Position numbers and translations under genes: made by a program. Below, one piece after another: positions 52,001 through 64,000 of a stretch of 64,000 nt of DNA. This DNA is from Lama glama. Taxonomy: Eukaryota. Location of the stretch: positions 98,954,001-99,018,000 of the forward strand of contig CM052816.1 of NCBI GenBank assembly GCA_028534125.1, given 5' to 3'. The notes beneath the pieces were generated by a model, which worked only from the letters and a program-made list of their open reading frames with translations, was not told the DNA's origin and searched no databases. Within the stretch, counting starts at the first letter, position 1, and every line of letters starts with the position of its first letter.

Positions 52001-52229
52001 ACAGGATGTGAAAAAGCGAACATCTTCCCCTTGTCAACAAAAACAGAATCACATTTACTTTATAGATTGTAAATCCTAGAAATAATTTCTGAAGGAGTAG
52101 AAACAGCTTATATTTCTATTAAATAATTTGTGTAAGACTAGTCAATTAACAACATGGCACTATTTTGGAAGAGACAAATATACCAAAGAGACAGGGACCC
52201 TTGGAGGCCACGGATAGCCCCGCCTCTGT

Positions 52230-52950
52230 CTGTGAAGAAGGTGCAGTCCAGCTAAATGTGAAGAGAACAGACTATTGAATAATCAGTGCTGGAAAACAGT
52301 CTCGAAGAAATAAGCTAATTTAGATGCCTGCCTCACACCATGCAGAGAAACGAATTCTACATGGTTTAAAGATCTAAATACAAGAAAACAAAATTATAAA
52401 TGAGAAAATGTTGCCCGTGGTTTGTGGTTTTGGAGCACAGATGGCTTTTCTTGGGAAGAAATAAAATAAAGAAGCCATCAAGGAGACAGTGGAAATAAAG
52501 GCTGGCAGTTTTGATCAGTATCCTACGGAAAATGGTTTTCCCCGATGTCCGTAAAATAAAAAGTGACCTTGCAAACCAGGCAGGGAGACATCAACGCCCA
52601 GAGGAAAGACAGGCGGGAGGCTGAAACCGCACGGCACAGAGAAACGGAAGGGACAGAGCCAGCTCACAGGCAAGGCGAGGCTCCTTCCTTGATACCCAGG
52701 GAGACCCAGGGCACGCGAAGAGCCGCCACTGCCCACGTGGTAAAATTCGGCAAGCTTGAACGTTGACAAGATCCAGAGAGAGAAGGATGAGTGAAACTGC
52801 CGTGCTTTCGCCCTGAGCAGAAACGATCAGTCTCTGGAGGATTATTCATCGCTACCAAACTTTACACGAACCCAGGCTTTTGCTCATGGTTCCGCATCAA
52901 GGACTGTTTCTCAGAGTCTCACACATACAATCGATCATTCATAGAATGAG
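52230..52950 (+). mobile_element. Heavily decayed L1M ORF2/3' fragment
   Basis: tagatgcctgcctcacaccatgcagagaaacgaattctacatggtttaaagatctaaata. Confidence 0.6.
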
Positions 52951-54984
52951 CTGCAGCAGGATCTGTGGTCATGAATAACGGGAGGGAACCCAATGTCCAC
53001 TAGCGGGAGAAGGCGGGGCATGCTGGCTTTGCCCCCCCTCTGAAGCACCGACGTGAGGGGGAACGCAGGGAACTGATCTCTGGGGTGCGGGCTCTGACGC
53101 TGTGGCTGTTTGTAAGCCTGTCTCCGGGTACTCTCGTGTGCATGAACCTGTGGGAGCTGGCGTGAAAAATACGAGTCCCTGGGCAGCATGGCTGGCGCTG
53201 CTTTCCCACGCACATTGCCATCGGGGAAAAGGAGGCAGAGACACAAAACTCAGCCACTGCTGCTCTTGCTTCCTTCGTGTTGATCCATCTCTTATCCCGA
53301 CAGCTGGGTCGTGCATGCCGTCGAGGTGGAAATAAATAACGTCTTCCTTCTTCTTTTGCATCTTCCCCCCGGGAGCGCCTGGACGACTGTTAGGCACTTT
53401 GTAACCTCAGAACCAACCCAAACTGGCCTCATCCCGCTTCTAACAAGATGCTGAGATGTTTTCCAGAGGGGACAGAGCAAACCTGCAAGTCTTCCAGCTG
53501 AAGCACGCACAGAGGAGAAAATTTTTACCTCCAACACCTGGAACTGAAGGTTCCCCCCACCTCGTGGAACCAAAGGACCAGGACGTGACCAGAAGGGAGG
53601 GCCCCCTTGTCCAGGAAGATCTGCTGCTGAGTCCACCATTCCATACCTTACCACAAACGGCCAAGTTTGAAGCCCTCCAGTTGAAAGCTGCCCCACGAGC
53701 GCTTCCTCATGGCAGCCTGCCCTTCCCACGTCAGGCAAGGTGGACCGGACCCCAGGCCGGGGAGACGGCGTTGAGCCCTCCCTCCTGTCCTCTGGTCAGC
53801 TGACCTCGCAATAACGTTCCTTCTTTCCTCGGAAGCTGGTGCCGTAGTGCTGGCTTCTACGTACGCCCGGCAGCAAGCCCGTGCTGGGTGACAACAGGAC
53901 AGCACTCAGAGACTTTTTTTTTAACTGATTCCTTTATTCATGGTGACTCTTATTTTGGGGTGCACTTTCTGTTGTCTTGGTAAGTGACCCCCCTTAGGTC
54001 TCACTTCTGAATGGACACAGGCATCTTCTCCTCCCAGGGGTCAGCTCCGTCCCGTGATCGTCCTCAGGGCTGGGAAGCCCAGCCCTCACGCTCAGAAACA
54101 GACTCCCCCAGTGCCTGCCTGCTGCCCGGGCCGGGCGGGGGACCTGCGGATGTGAGACGGGGCACCCGTCAGGGTCTCCCACGGCTGCCTCCACGCAGCC
54201 TCTGCCTTTCATTTGCTGAATTCTGAAGCTTTGACATCTCGGGGCCTTGATGGTCCTGGAGGAGCTTCTCCTCCCAGCGCTGGAGTCAGCCAGCTAACCC
54301 CCCCAGAGTCACCTCCAGGAGAAGACAGTAAACAAGGGGTCCCTGAACATGCCTTTCATGCGCAAGCCACGCAGCCCAGAGCCCACGCCCCAGCCAGTCC
54401 CTCCGGCCAGCTCCCGCACCCCAGGCCACAGTCGTCTCCCTGTCTGGGCATCTCCTGGTCCCTGATTAAAGCGGCTCCTGGATGCCATTAGAACACCCGG
54501 GCTTAGACGTTTCCAGGCCGCCATCCCGGGAACCATCCACCTCCTGCTGCTGCTTCTGAGGCTCTTTCTAGCATTTATTTGTGGAGTTTCCAATCTGTGT
54601 CTCCCTCGTGTCCTCTCCTGCTTTTGCAAGTCACGTGGGAGCCTCTGGAGTCTGCCCTTGAGGTCACGGCTGGAGCATTTAGCCATGTGCTAGACCCTGC
54701 ACCTCCCCAGGGCAACCGCGAGAACACCTGTGTGAGGGGGCCCGGGCGCCGTTAACCCTGCTGGGGGTGGGCCAGAGCCAGAAGGCCCGGCCGGTGGTCG
54801 CAGCTGTCGCCACTTCCATATGCAGGTGCTCCCAGGTGTCCCTTGATCCTTGGTGCTGCTGGAACAGGTGGCACCTGCGGGAGAAGCTATGTGACAGGTA
54901 AGTCTCCTTCCACAGGGTCAGCCTGAGTGCCAGCTTTCAGTTTGATGGGCACATGGTGTTTTGGGGACTGTGGACGAGGTTGAC

Positions 54985-55018
54985 CTGCAGTGTGCTGAGA
55001 GGCCCTCTAGGTGGCAGC
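54985..55018 (+). promoter_or_regulatory. Candidate CTCF site (core plus upstream motif)
   Basis: Core CCTCTAGGTGGCAG at 55004-55017 fits CCNSYAGRKGGCRS. Upstream CTGCAGTG begins at 54985, at a spacing that fits the known upstream module. Confidence 0.65.
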
Positions 55019-58000
55019 AGAGCACCAAGTGGCCAGATGGACCAGAGCCACCCTTCCAGCCAGGAGTGCCCATCATGGTCATGGCAGGAAGGTCAACGGA
55101 GCCTCCTCGGGTCTTCAGGTGGGGCAGCCACTCAGACAGAGTCTCCAGAGGGGTGGAACTCAGAGTTCCCAGGAAAAGAGAAAGCCCCTCTTGAGAAGGA
55201 TGCCTAGTCAAGGAAAGGGCCCTGGAGATGCACATTGGATCGTACACGAGGAACTGGAAGAGGTCACCCCGGAATACCAGAAGCCAGCGACAGAGAGGGG
55301 ACACAGGCATTCTGTGACAAGGGGTCAGGGCATTCTGAGTAGGAGCCTGGGCTCAACCGGAGATGAGCGAGGCTGAGGTCAGAGGCCAAGCAACCGGCAG
55401 GACTGGGGGTGGGGGAGGCTGAGAGGCCTGGAGAGGTCAGGGTGTTGCCACATTGCTCTGTCCATTGCGAGGTGCCCAGACCTGCCAGGGGACGAGTCCC
55501 AGACAGGCGCTGGGGAGCCACTGCTCACACAACCCGTGTTAGAAGAGGAATGTTTTTAAGAACCTTGGGTTTGACTCAAACCATGATCTTACTTTAGAAA
55601 CACAACTCCATCTTTAAAGGGGTCTCACAGTTTGATTTATTTGTTCCTGAAAAGAAACGTCCTTAGTTCTGTTAAAAATGTCAGTCCAGCATGTAAGATG
55701 CATGCCTGTCACCATTGCTTGTGCGGGACCGCAGGGCACAGACCGGCTTCTAGGGAGAAGTTGGGGGACGCATCGTGCCTTGTGTGCCAACTAAGTGAGG
55801 CGCTGGAGCCGCTGTTTCCTTAGTGCTGTCACTTGGGGACTGAGACTTGTCACCACCTGCCTGGCATTGTGGTCATCTGTGCAGGGCCTGTCCTGCCCCG
55901 GTTCAACTGCCACGGCCCAGATCTCACAGCCCTTACCCACAGAATGAAGTCTGTATGTGCTTCGTGTATTGAGTTCAAACCGTGTATAGAAATCAGTTAC
56001 TTTTCAAATACCCACTGTGACAATTAATCTGGATTCTTACCGCTGACTGTTGCTCACTGTCCCCAGCTCCGTGTTCAGCTGCGAGACAGAGGAAACTGTT
56101 GGAAGAAGAGGGAGTGAGGAGAGGGCTGAGGGAGGTGGGAGAGGATGGGGGCATCCATGGAAGGAGGGCCACGTGGTGAATTAGGGAGATCAGCAGACAC
56201 AGAAAACATGGTTTTGCAGAAGCTCTTCTGCTCGGGGGCCTGGACATGCAGGCCCATCTCCATGCTGCAGTTTCTGCATTTGCAAAGGGTCTATTTTGTG
56301 AAAGCTTCTGGAAAATTCTGCTCAAGTGGGACCATGTTGCTCTCTCATGATTTACGCATAACAGTGTTATTTCTTTCTCAAAGCGTATCCTTCCCCCCTG
56401 AACTGAAGGGCCACCGTCCAGGAAGACAGTAGAGAAATTCTGCTGCTCAGTTCTAGGAACCCATGCACAATCACACAGTGTGCGTTCCCAGTTCTGTCCG
56501 TGGATGGACTCCGGATGACCAGTTTTGGAGGAGCCGAAACAAGAGTCAAGACTTAAATCTAGCAGCTCCCTAGCTTTTACACCTTTATTTTTGTTTTTTG
56601 GTCCCACTGTCAGCTTTTCATTGATTGAAAGACTGTTTTCTGTTATAGACTTGTTAATTCTATTGTGACAGAAAGTTTAGGCTGAGGTTTTCCATAAATA
56701 TTGCACAAATATATTAGAAAATGCAGTAGAAACAATGATGTAGAACTTAGAAAAATCAAGTCGCAGTGTAGCTCTTGTAGGTACATGTTCAAGGAATCTA
56801 CTAGATACATTGACCACATCATACAAAAATGTCTATAATGCACATAATCGGAGTGTAATTTAGATGCTCCGATTCCCGAACACCATGGGCTGCAGTCACA
56901 GTTCCAGTGTGACTTGTCTAGATGTTTCACCTCATCAACACGTCTGGGGTGACATAAAAGACGTTAATAACCCTCATTCTCAGGAAACTTGTAAACAGGA
57001 ATTAACACCTGTGGCTAGGAGACTTCATGAGAATAAAACGTTTAGGTATCAAAGGATGTGATGCTCCCGTGTCTTTGCACCAGAGGAAGGCTTCACTCCG
57101 CCGGCAGTAGAAGTCCTGCCTTCCGCTCAGAGCAGGAGACTAGTTCTCTGCCTCCTAAGGCCGCTCGCTGTGCAAACACCGTGAGAAGCTAGCGTGGAGC
57201 AAACGCAGTCAGTGCCTCTGCTCACAAGACGTGGGAAGCGTGAGGCTCGCCGAGGGAGAGCCGCCTCCCCCTCCTGCTGTGTCCGTGACGCCTGGGGGAG
57301 GCGCGGGCACGCGAGGGCCATGTGTGGAGTGTTGCTGTAACGTGTGTATACATGGACTAGGGGCCAGAGACGGCAGAGGCTCACGGGGCAGTCTGACGGG
57401 TAAGCAGGCAGTGGTGCCCCCACCCCTCTGCCAGCACCGCCCCGGATCCTCACACTTCCGGCACCGCTGGCAGTGCATTTCCGAGGTCTGACGGTGAGTG
57501 GGGCAGCTCTTTGGACATCTGGCTGGTTCTGTGCACGGGTCATTTACAAGTTTGGTGTGCGATTCCTGGAGACTGCCCTGCACGAATGCCCGAGGTATTT
57601 TTAGCCACAGCTGGTGGCATCAGCTCGGCCTCCAGCTGCCACCCGCAAGCAATGCCAGCTGCAGAGCACTTTGCCACTCAGGTCCTGAGTCATTTGCTTT
57701 CCTTATCTGCCCTTGATAGTAGGACGCTAGATTAGACCCTCAGGAAAAAGGAAGAGCTGGAGTGTGTGCTTTGGAAGGAGAGTGTTTCAAGCATGTCCCA
57801 TCGTTGCCGTGTCCTTTTTTCCCCGCTTCAAGCAGTGAGGGCTGAGGCAGACGCCCCTCCCGCTGGTGACTTTCACGACAGCGGGGGTGCCCTGAACTAA
57901 GGTCTCAGGCCTGCCAGCCTTGTCCTGCTGCTGCCTTTGCCACGTGTCATCACACAGAGAAAGCCCTGGTCTTCGGGGGCCCAGGGTGGCCTCATGGGGC

Positions 58001-58489
58001 TGGGCCATCTAGGCAGCGTGTGCCGTGTTTTAAGTGACAAAGCGCACTTCCCCGTGCTGTTACGCTTTGGGACAGTACCAATGACCAGGAAAGCCTCTCC
58101 AGGAGGTGACGTACACATCCTTAAGTCTTTGAACTTGAAAACTATTCTTAAAGAGGGATTTTGAGAAACTTTCCTCTGTTTTATTCTGAAATCCCCTCTG
58201 GAACTTTCTGACTCGGGAAGTTAGGTACTCAGATATAAAACATTTGGCCTTTGGCCCCTACAGTTACACACATAACTACACTGACCCGCCTCCAGCACCG
58301 ACACGAGTGGGCACCTGCAGTCTGAGCAAAGCGAGCGCAGGAGACCGAGCTGGGTGGCTCTGCGGGGTGTCGGGACCTGTGGGTCACAGCGCACGCGGAT
58401 CATGGGCTGGTGTAGAAGCAGCACACTTAATGCTTACAGAAAAGAGAAAACAACAGTGAAGTCGTCTGCCACCTCTAAGCAGCTCTAAA

Positions 58490-58900
58490 CGCACGCACGC
58501 TTTAGCACTCGGGCTGAAATGGCTCAGAGTCGCGGCGTAGACAGTTCAGGAAGGCTGGGTGGCCCCCGAGCGGCCACGCGGGGAGCAATCCTGCAGCCAG
58601 GCCGGGTCCCTTGTTCCGTTCTCTCTCTCGCTCCGCCCTTCTCGCCCTCTTCCTAGATGGCGGCCTGGGGCACAGCGGGGACGCTGGCAGGCGGAGCATC
58701 GCCGGAGGGTGAGACTCACGGGAAGAGCCCCGAGCGCTCATGGGTGGCGCGGGCCCGCGCGGCCGGCAGAACCGAGGGGGACGGCGGCGCCCGCCCTGCG
58801 CGGGCAGCGGGCAAGGGGGCCGGTCCTCGGAGGAGACGCCAGTGTGTTCTGCAGCTGCGATGTGCTCCTGAAATATGACAGATTATTCATATAAAAGCTG
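58490..58900. promoter_or_regulatory. CpG-rich patch followed by TATAAAAG (58890-58897)
   Basis: Dense CpGs (ggcgcgggcccgcgcggccggc...ggcggcgcccgccctgcgcggg) followed by a canonical TATA octamer on the + strand. Confidence 0.5.
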
Positions 58901-59299
58901 CACCGACGGCACTGTGGGTCTTGGCTTCAGGACGTGAACTTTCTCTGGCTCTGGAAGTAAAGGAAGAGAAGAAAGACGTATTTTGCTCTGCGGAAGAACC
59001 CGCACGATACAAGCACTTCTTACGCGTGTTGTCTTCTTACGCATCATCTTACGCGCTAAGCAGTTCTCCTGACGGGTCTCCAGCGATAAAAACCAACAGC
59101 ATCACGATTGTACTGAAGGTCAGAGCTTAGAGCGCCGACCCGGGACCCACGCCTGGTGAGCTGTCACGTCCAGGTTCAAACGCACACCTGCCGGGTGTCG
59201 AAGTTGGGGATTTCCACTCTTTTATGCAACTCTACCTGAAGGTCTTCCAACTAAAACTCGACCTTACTTCTAAATAATGTGCATGTTAGCCTGATGGTG

Positions 59300-59670
59300 C
59301 TGACACAGGTCCGTTAAGGTAATTCTAACACCTCGCTGGCTTCTGTACAATTGAGTTTATTTCTCACTCACTCACTCTGTGTACAGTTTGCTGGGTTGGA
59401 AGGCAGCGTCCCTCCTGCAGGGGATCAGGGACTTGTGTTCCTGCCATCTTGAGGGTCAGGTGCCTTTAGAGGTCAAGGGCTCCCAAGGTCACCACAGAAA
59501 GGGACTGTGTGCCAAGGCCCTGGGAGACAGTCTTACACATCCGCCCTGTCAGTAGAGAGAACGTCTAACACCCACTGTCTGGACTCAGCCACGGTGACTT
59601 GGCCACACGAACCAAGGGCCGGGGTGCTCAGTCTAGATGCGTGAGGGATACCAGGCTTGGCACATATGCT
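59300..59670 (-). mobile_element. Old MLT1(J/K/L)-like LTR remnant
   Basis: gagtttatttctcactcac...gggatcagggacttgtgttcctgccatcttg. Confidence 0.45.
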
Positions 59671-61468
59671 TTTACACACAGGTCACAAAAATAAAGGCTT
59701 TTTTCTTTTTACCATACTACTGTAAAAAATCAAATAAACCAAACTGAGACTATTACATATATTCATAAAAATTCAAAGACCTGTTTGACTTCCATAACCA
59801 AAGAAAAACGTCTACAAGCCAGTTAATTGTTTCAAGCTTAGATTCTGTTTTGACTGCCAGTCGGTCACCTGCCTGAAATGTGAGCTAGAGAATTCAGGCA
59901 GCTATTGGGGAAAATAAGGAGTCCACATGGTGGTTATTTGGACAGAATGTTAAAGCCACATCTTTTTATATTACATTTTTACTGAGAACAGAAGTGTGAG
60001 GAATGATTTTCCAGTGTTCCTAAGAGTGTTTGCACGGAGAGCTCGTGCTGAGGCTGGCACCCTGGTGGCATGTCCATCTCCGGCAAGAACGCAGAAGTGT
60101 TCTTGCCCAGCACTGGCTTGGCCTGGCGTGGACGGCTCTGCACTGCTGGGGAGGCTTGGGGCAGGAAAAGGGGCTCGGGCTCTGGACTAGCTTGGATGCC
60201 GCATGATTCAAAGGAAGCCTCTGAATACTTAGGGCTTGGTTTGAAGTGAAAGATGTTGGGAAAACACCCCAGAGGTGAGGGAGGGGAGAGGTGCATCCAG
60301 CTGCCAGAGCAGATGGAACGCTGCTGCCCTTTCTGTGATGACCTTGCAAGCCCTTGACTTCTGAAGATGCCTGACCCTCAAGATGGCAGGAACACAAGTT
60401 CCTATTCCCTGCAGGAAGGACGCTGCCCTCCAGCCCAGCGTCCCGCGCACAAAGTGAGTGGGCGAGGAATTCCCCACCAGCGCGGGTCTGAGCCAGCGTG
60501 GAGGGACAGCGCCACCACGTACACCATTCTGCTCGTCTGCTGTTGCTTGGTGCCCCTGACCCCTTCCTGCAGTGAGAAAGCACCTGCATACACACACGCA
60601 CAGGCACCCCAATTCCTTCTCAAGTGTGGCTTTCTGAGTTGCGCAGCGCCCTGAGGACACAACGCTGAAACCAAGCGTCAGGTGTCATCGGTTTCTGTCC
60701 GTTGACTCGAGGACAGAAGCACATGCTGTTGAGCGGAAGGCCGAGCGCACAGCGAATGCACCATGACTCAACTTCCCCGTGAACATTGAGCTGAACTTCG
60801 TGTTTATCTGAAAAAAAGTAGTCTGTGCCTCTGCTGCACCAGGCAGAACTCCAAGCGTTTCCCCCGATGTGTCTCATTCTCAGAACAAACCCACTGGACC
60901 GATGTCATGGCTCCGGATGGGAAGATGGGGACAGTCTAGAAGTGCACCGATTTAAGCCAAGGACCACAGTGCTTTTTCGCAAAGAGGAGAGCATGCAACC
61001 CGAGGGGCTCCTTAAAACTTCTTCACAAAACACACATAATTTCAATCTCTTCTTCTAAATAGAAGTACTAGTTACTTTCTAAGAAAGCAGGACAACAGAA
61101 TTCATATAAATCCTTCGGGGGAAGCCTTAAATTAATATGATGGTAGGAGCTAACATTTTTACAACAATTTACATTTTAGAAACAACTATGTGAATCCTAT
61201 TTCAGTTGAGATTCTAAAAAGCCCTTTTCATTTACTTACAGGTTAGTACTCTGTACTAAATGTTGTAATCTGGGTGGCCGGAGCAATTCCAGCTAGATAT
61301 AACAGTATCAGCTTAATGGTTGTTCATCCTCTGTGCATCAACATGAAAATAACAGTTAAGCTGTTGTTACTAAGGGGCACTGTACTTGGATGGCAAGTGT
61401 ACAGGCTGTGGTTCCACCTGTAACCACCAGCCACATATCAGGAGGGAGGTCCCGCCACACACACGGCG

Positions 61469-61968
61469 NNNNNNNNNNNNNNNNNNNNNNNNNNNNNNNN
61501 NNNNNNNNNNNNNNNNNNNNNNNNNNNNNNNNNNNNNNNNNNNNNNNNNNNNNNNNNNNNNNNNNNNNNNNNNNNNNNNNNNNNNNNNNNNNNNNNNNNN
61601 NNNNNNNNNNNNNNNNNNNNNNNNNNNNNNNNNNNNNNNNNNNNNNNNNNNNNNNNNNNNNNNNNNNNNNNNNNNNNNNNNNNNNNNNNNNNNNNNNNNN
61701 NNNNNNNNNNNNNNNNNNNNNNNNNNNNNNNNNNNNNNNNNNNNNNNNNNNNNNNNNNNNNNNNNNNNNNNNNNNNNNNNNNNNNNNNNNNNNNNNNNNN
61801 NNNNNNNNNNNNNNNNNNNNNNNNNNNNNNNNNNNNNNNNNNNNNNNNNNNNNNNNNNNNNNNNNNNNNNNNNNNNNNNNNNNNNNNNNNNNNNNNNNNN
61901 NNNNNNNNNNNNNNNNNNNNNNNNNNNNNNNNNNNNNNNNNNNNNNNNNNNNNNNNNNNNNNNNNNNN
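61469..61968. other. Assembly gap (500 N)
   Basis: Run of N. Confidence 1.
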
Positions 61969-62309
61969 AATTCATTGTGGTTCCAGGACTCAAGAAATTC
62001 TCAGGTTGTGATCAACAAGTTTGACGTTATTGTTGGAAACTGTCAAATGTCTGGAACGTTAAAGAAGCCCCTTCCTTGACCCACGGGGGCGCAGGTACTG
62101 CTGCACTCTTGGAAATGTGAGCGCGTCATTAGACCACTTGGTTTTCTGCTCCCCTTTAACTGGCCCTCCCTGCTGACGTCCCCAGGTGGTGGTCCCCCCC
62201 GAGTGGCCCTGGCCTTCCTGCTGGGGACCAGATGCCCCTCAAGTATCATGAGCAGTCCACCTTCCACGTCTTTGTCTCCGCCCCCAGACCAGAGGTCAGC
62301 AATGACCCG

Positions 62310-62480
62310 TGAATGAGTGGGGTGGCTGTGTTCCAATAAAACTTTATTTACGAACTCTGAAATTTGAATTTTGTCTCATTTTCATGTGTCATCAAATAGT
62401 ATTCTTCTTTTACTGTTTTTTAAAACATTTTAAAATGTCAAACCCATTCTTAGCTTGTGGGCCAGGCAAAAACAAGCCTT
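62310..62480. mobile_element. MER58-like hAT DNA transposon fragment
   Basis: gtggctgtgttccaataaaactttatttac...tgaaatttgaatttt...aaacccattcttagcttgtgggcc. Confidence 0.8.
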
Positions 62481-64000
62481 TCTGTCGACTCTACAAAGGA
62501 CTAACGTGAGAAGAAACTAGGAGCGTGTGTTGCGCACGGCTTCTTAAACGTGCCTTTCCTGGGGCTGCGTTCTCGGGTTCCGGTGACAGTTCTGTTCAGT
62601 GCAGGGCTACTGAGCAGCAGACCCTAGGACACCCTCAAGCGGTGACTGTCATCTCAATTAATGTCGCTCAGCTATGCTCCTGTGAGCGTATTCAGCCAGA
62701 AGGATGATTTAAATGTTTCTATGGAGAAGTAACTAAGTGAAATGTGCACACAGCTTTTGAAAAACTCGTTAAACTGCAAATAGGCTTAGCAATAAACCTT
62801 CTTTGAAAAATTATTGCTGTTTTGAATGATGAATTTTCTTTAAATTAGATCAGGTTATGTTCAGACACATTGCTGAAGCTGCACCTTAAAATTTAAAACC
62901 CTGTGATGTATGTGAGAGTATCTTTCATCCGGGATCTGTCGTCTCATTTCCCCACCTTTCATATGCCGTACATCTCGCGCCTTCCATTTGCTGTTTCTAG
63001 TCTTGTCCCTGGCAGGTCCTTGGTTGGCAATTTTCCACCGCTGTTACTGGGGAGTGCATGTGCATAAGATAATTCACTATTCTGGAAACATCCCAGGACA
63101 AGGAAGGAGAGGAAAGATTTCTTCCTTTAGTTTAGTATCAAATTTTACTTTAAGTCCCTATGGCGTTTGTAGCCACAGAATTCCCATCCCTGAAATGTTG
63201 AATTCTTCAGAAAGGTTCCGGAAATATAAAGCTTTTCAGAAAAGTTACTTGACCTGGAGAGTTAAAAATGTACACTTTATGCATTCTCTTGGTTTCACAT
63301 GGTTGGAAATTTCTGTGGAATCACTTTTTGGGTTTAGTGCTTTTATTTCAAGAGGAAGACAATTCTCATTTTATGGAAATGGTTGGGATAGGATACATTT
63401 AAATCAAACATTTTTTTTCTGTTTTCCTGCAGCACTCTGAGAAGCCTATAGAACCAGGATAAGCTTCAGAAAAGAATGTTTAAGATACGTTATAATATTT
63501 GCAATATTCAGGGTGATGCTGTAGAGAAATCTGATGTTCCTTGCTCACGGCAGCTCTGTCCTCGTTTCCCTGAGAACTGGCTTATGTTGTGTCTGTGTAG
63601 CAACAACAAGTCTTTCTAGACACAGCTGTCGTGGAGCCAGGGGTCCCCAGTGAGTCCTCTTTCTCAGGCTACAGGCAGGAGTCTGTTCCCTTAGTCGGTA
63701 AAAACACACCGAGGACCAGCCAGTGGCTGGGGCCTTGCGCTGTGCCGACCTTTCTCCTTTTCTGCTCTGTTCCTCCATCTCTGAAAACACCCAGCTCCCT
63801 CACAAACATGTGCCTTCGGTCACAGGGGGGCCTGGGTGGGAGGCTGCGGCTGGACCAGTTCTCATCCACCACCCCCCACGGGAAATGACTCAAACCACAC
63901 GACTCGGTGGCCCTGAGCCACCCAACTCATCCGTGCGGACAAAGGCGGCAGGTCAACATTGCTAACAAAGTGTGACTGCCAGAACGTCTTACGTCTCTCA

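Noticed and set aside
61370..62079. 207-229 aa ORFs
   Set aside because: Artefacts of the second N gap.
1..64000. CRISPR arrays, prokaryotic operons or defence systems, tRNA/rRNA genes, intact retroviral or L1 ORFs
   Set aside because: None seen. The sequence is mammalian, and all retroelement coding remnants are truncated or frameshifted.

Overview
Mammalian (eutherian) genomic DNA, probably camelid. This is inferred from the 3' UTR sequence of the young L1 copies and from my finding no young lineage-specific SINEs. The window is mostly intronic or intergenic, rich in decayed L1, L2, CR1/L3, MIR, MaLR/ERV LTRs and hAT MER elements, and has two 500-N assembly gaps. Almost all ORFs in the supplied track look spurious or repeat-derived. 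The main non-repeat signal is the 3' part of a spliced minus-strand gene that I could not name. It is a phase-consistent chain of candidate exons (28724-28605, 27311-27262, 23510-23291, 21173-21015, 18091-17924) ending in a terminal exon at 16663 to ~14620, which has a ~2 kb 3' UTR, an AU-rich element and a polyadenylation signal. One internal exon carries two in-frame TGA codons, so the locus may be a decaying or alternatively spliced gene. Other items of note are a twin-primed (5'-inverted) L1, a CTCF core plus upstream motif, two CpG-rich promoter-like patches and several enhancer-like motif clusters. I found no prokaryotic systems, CRISPR arrays, tRNA or rRNA genes.
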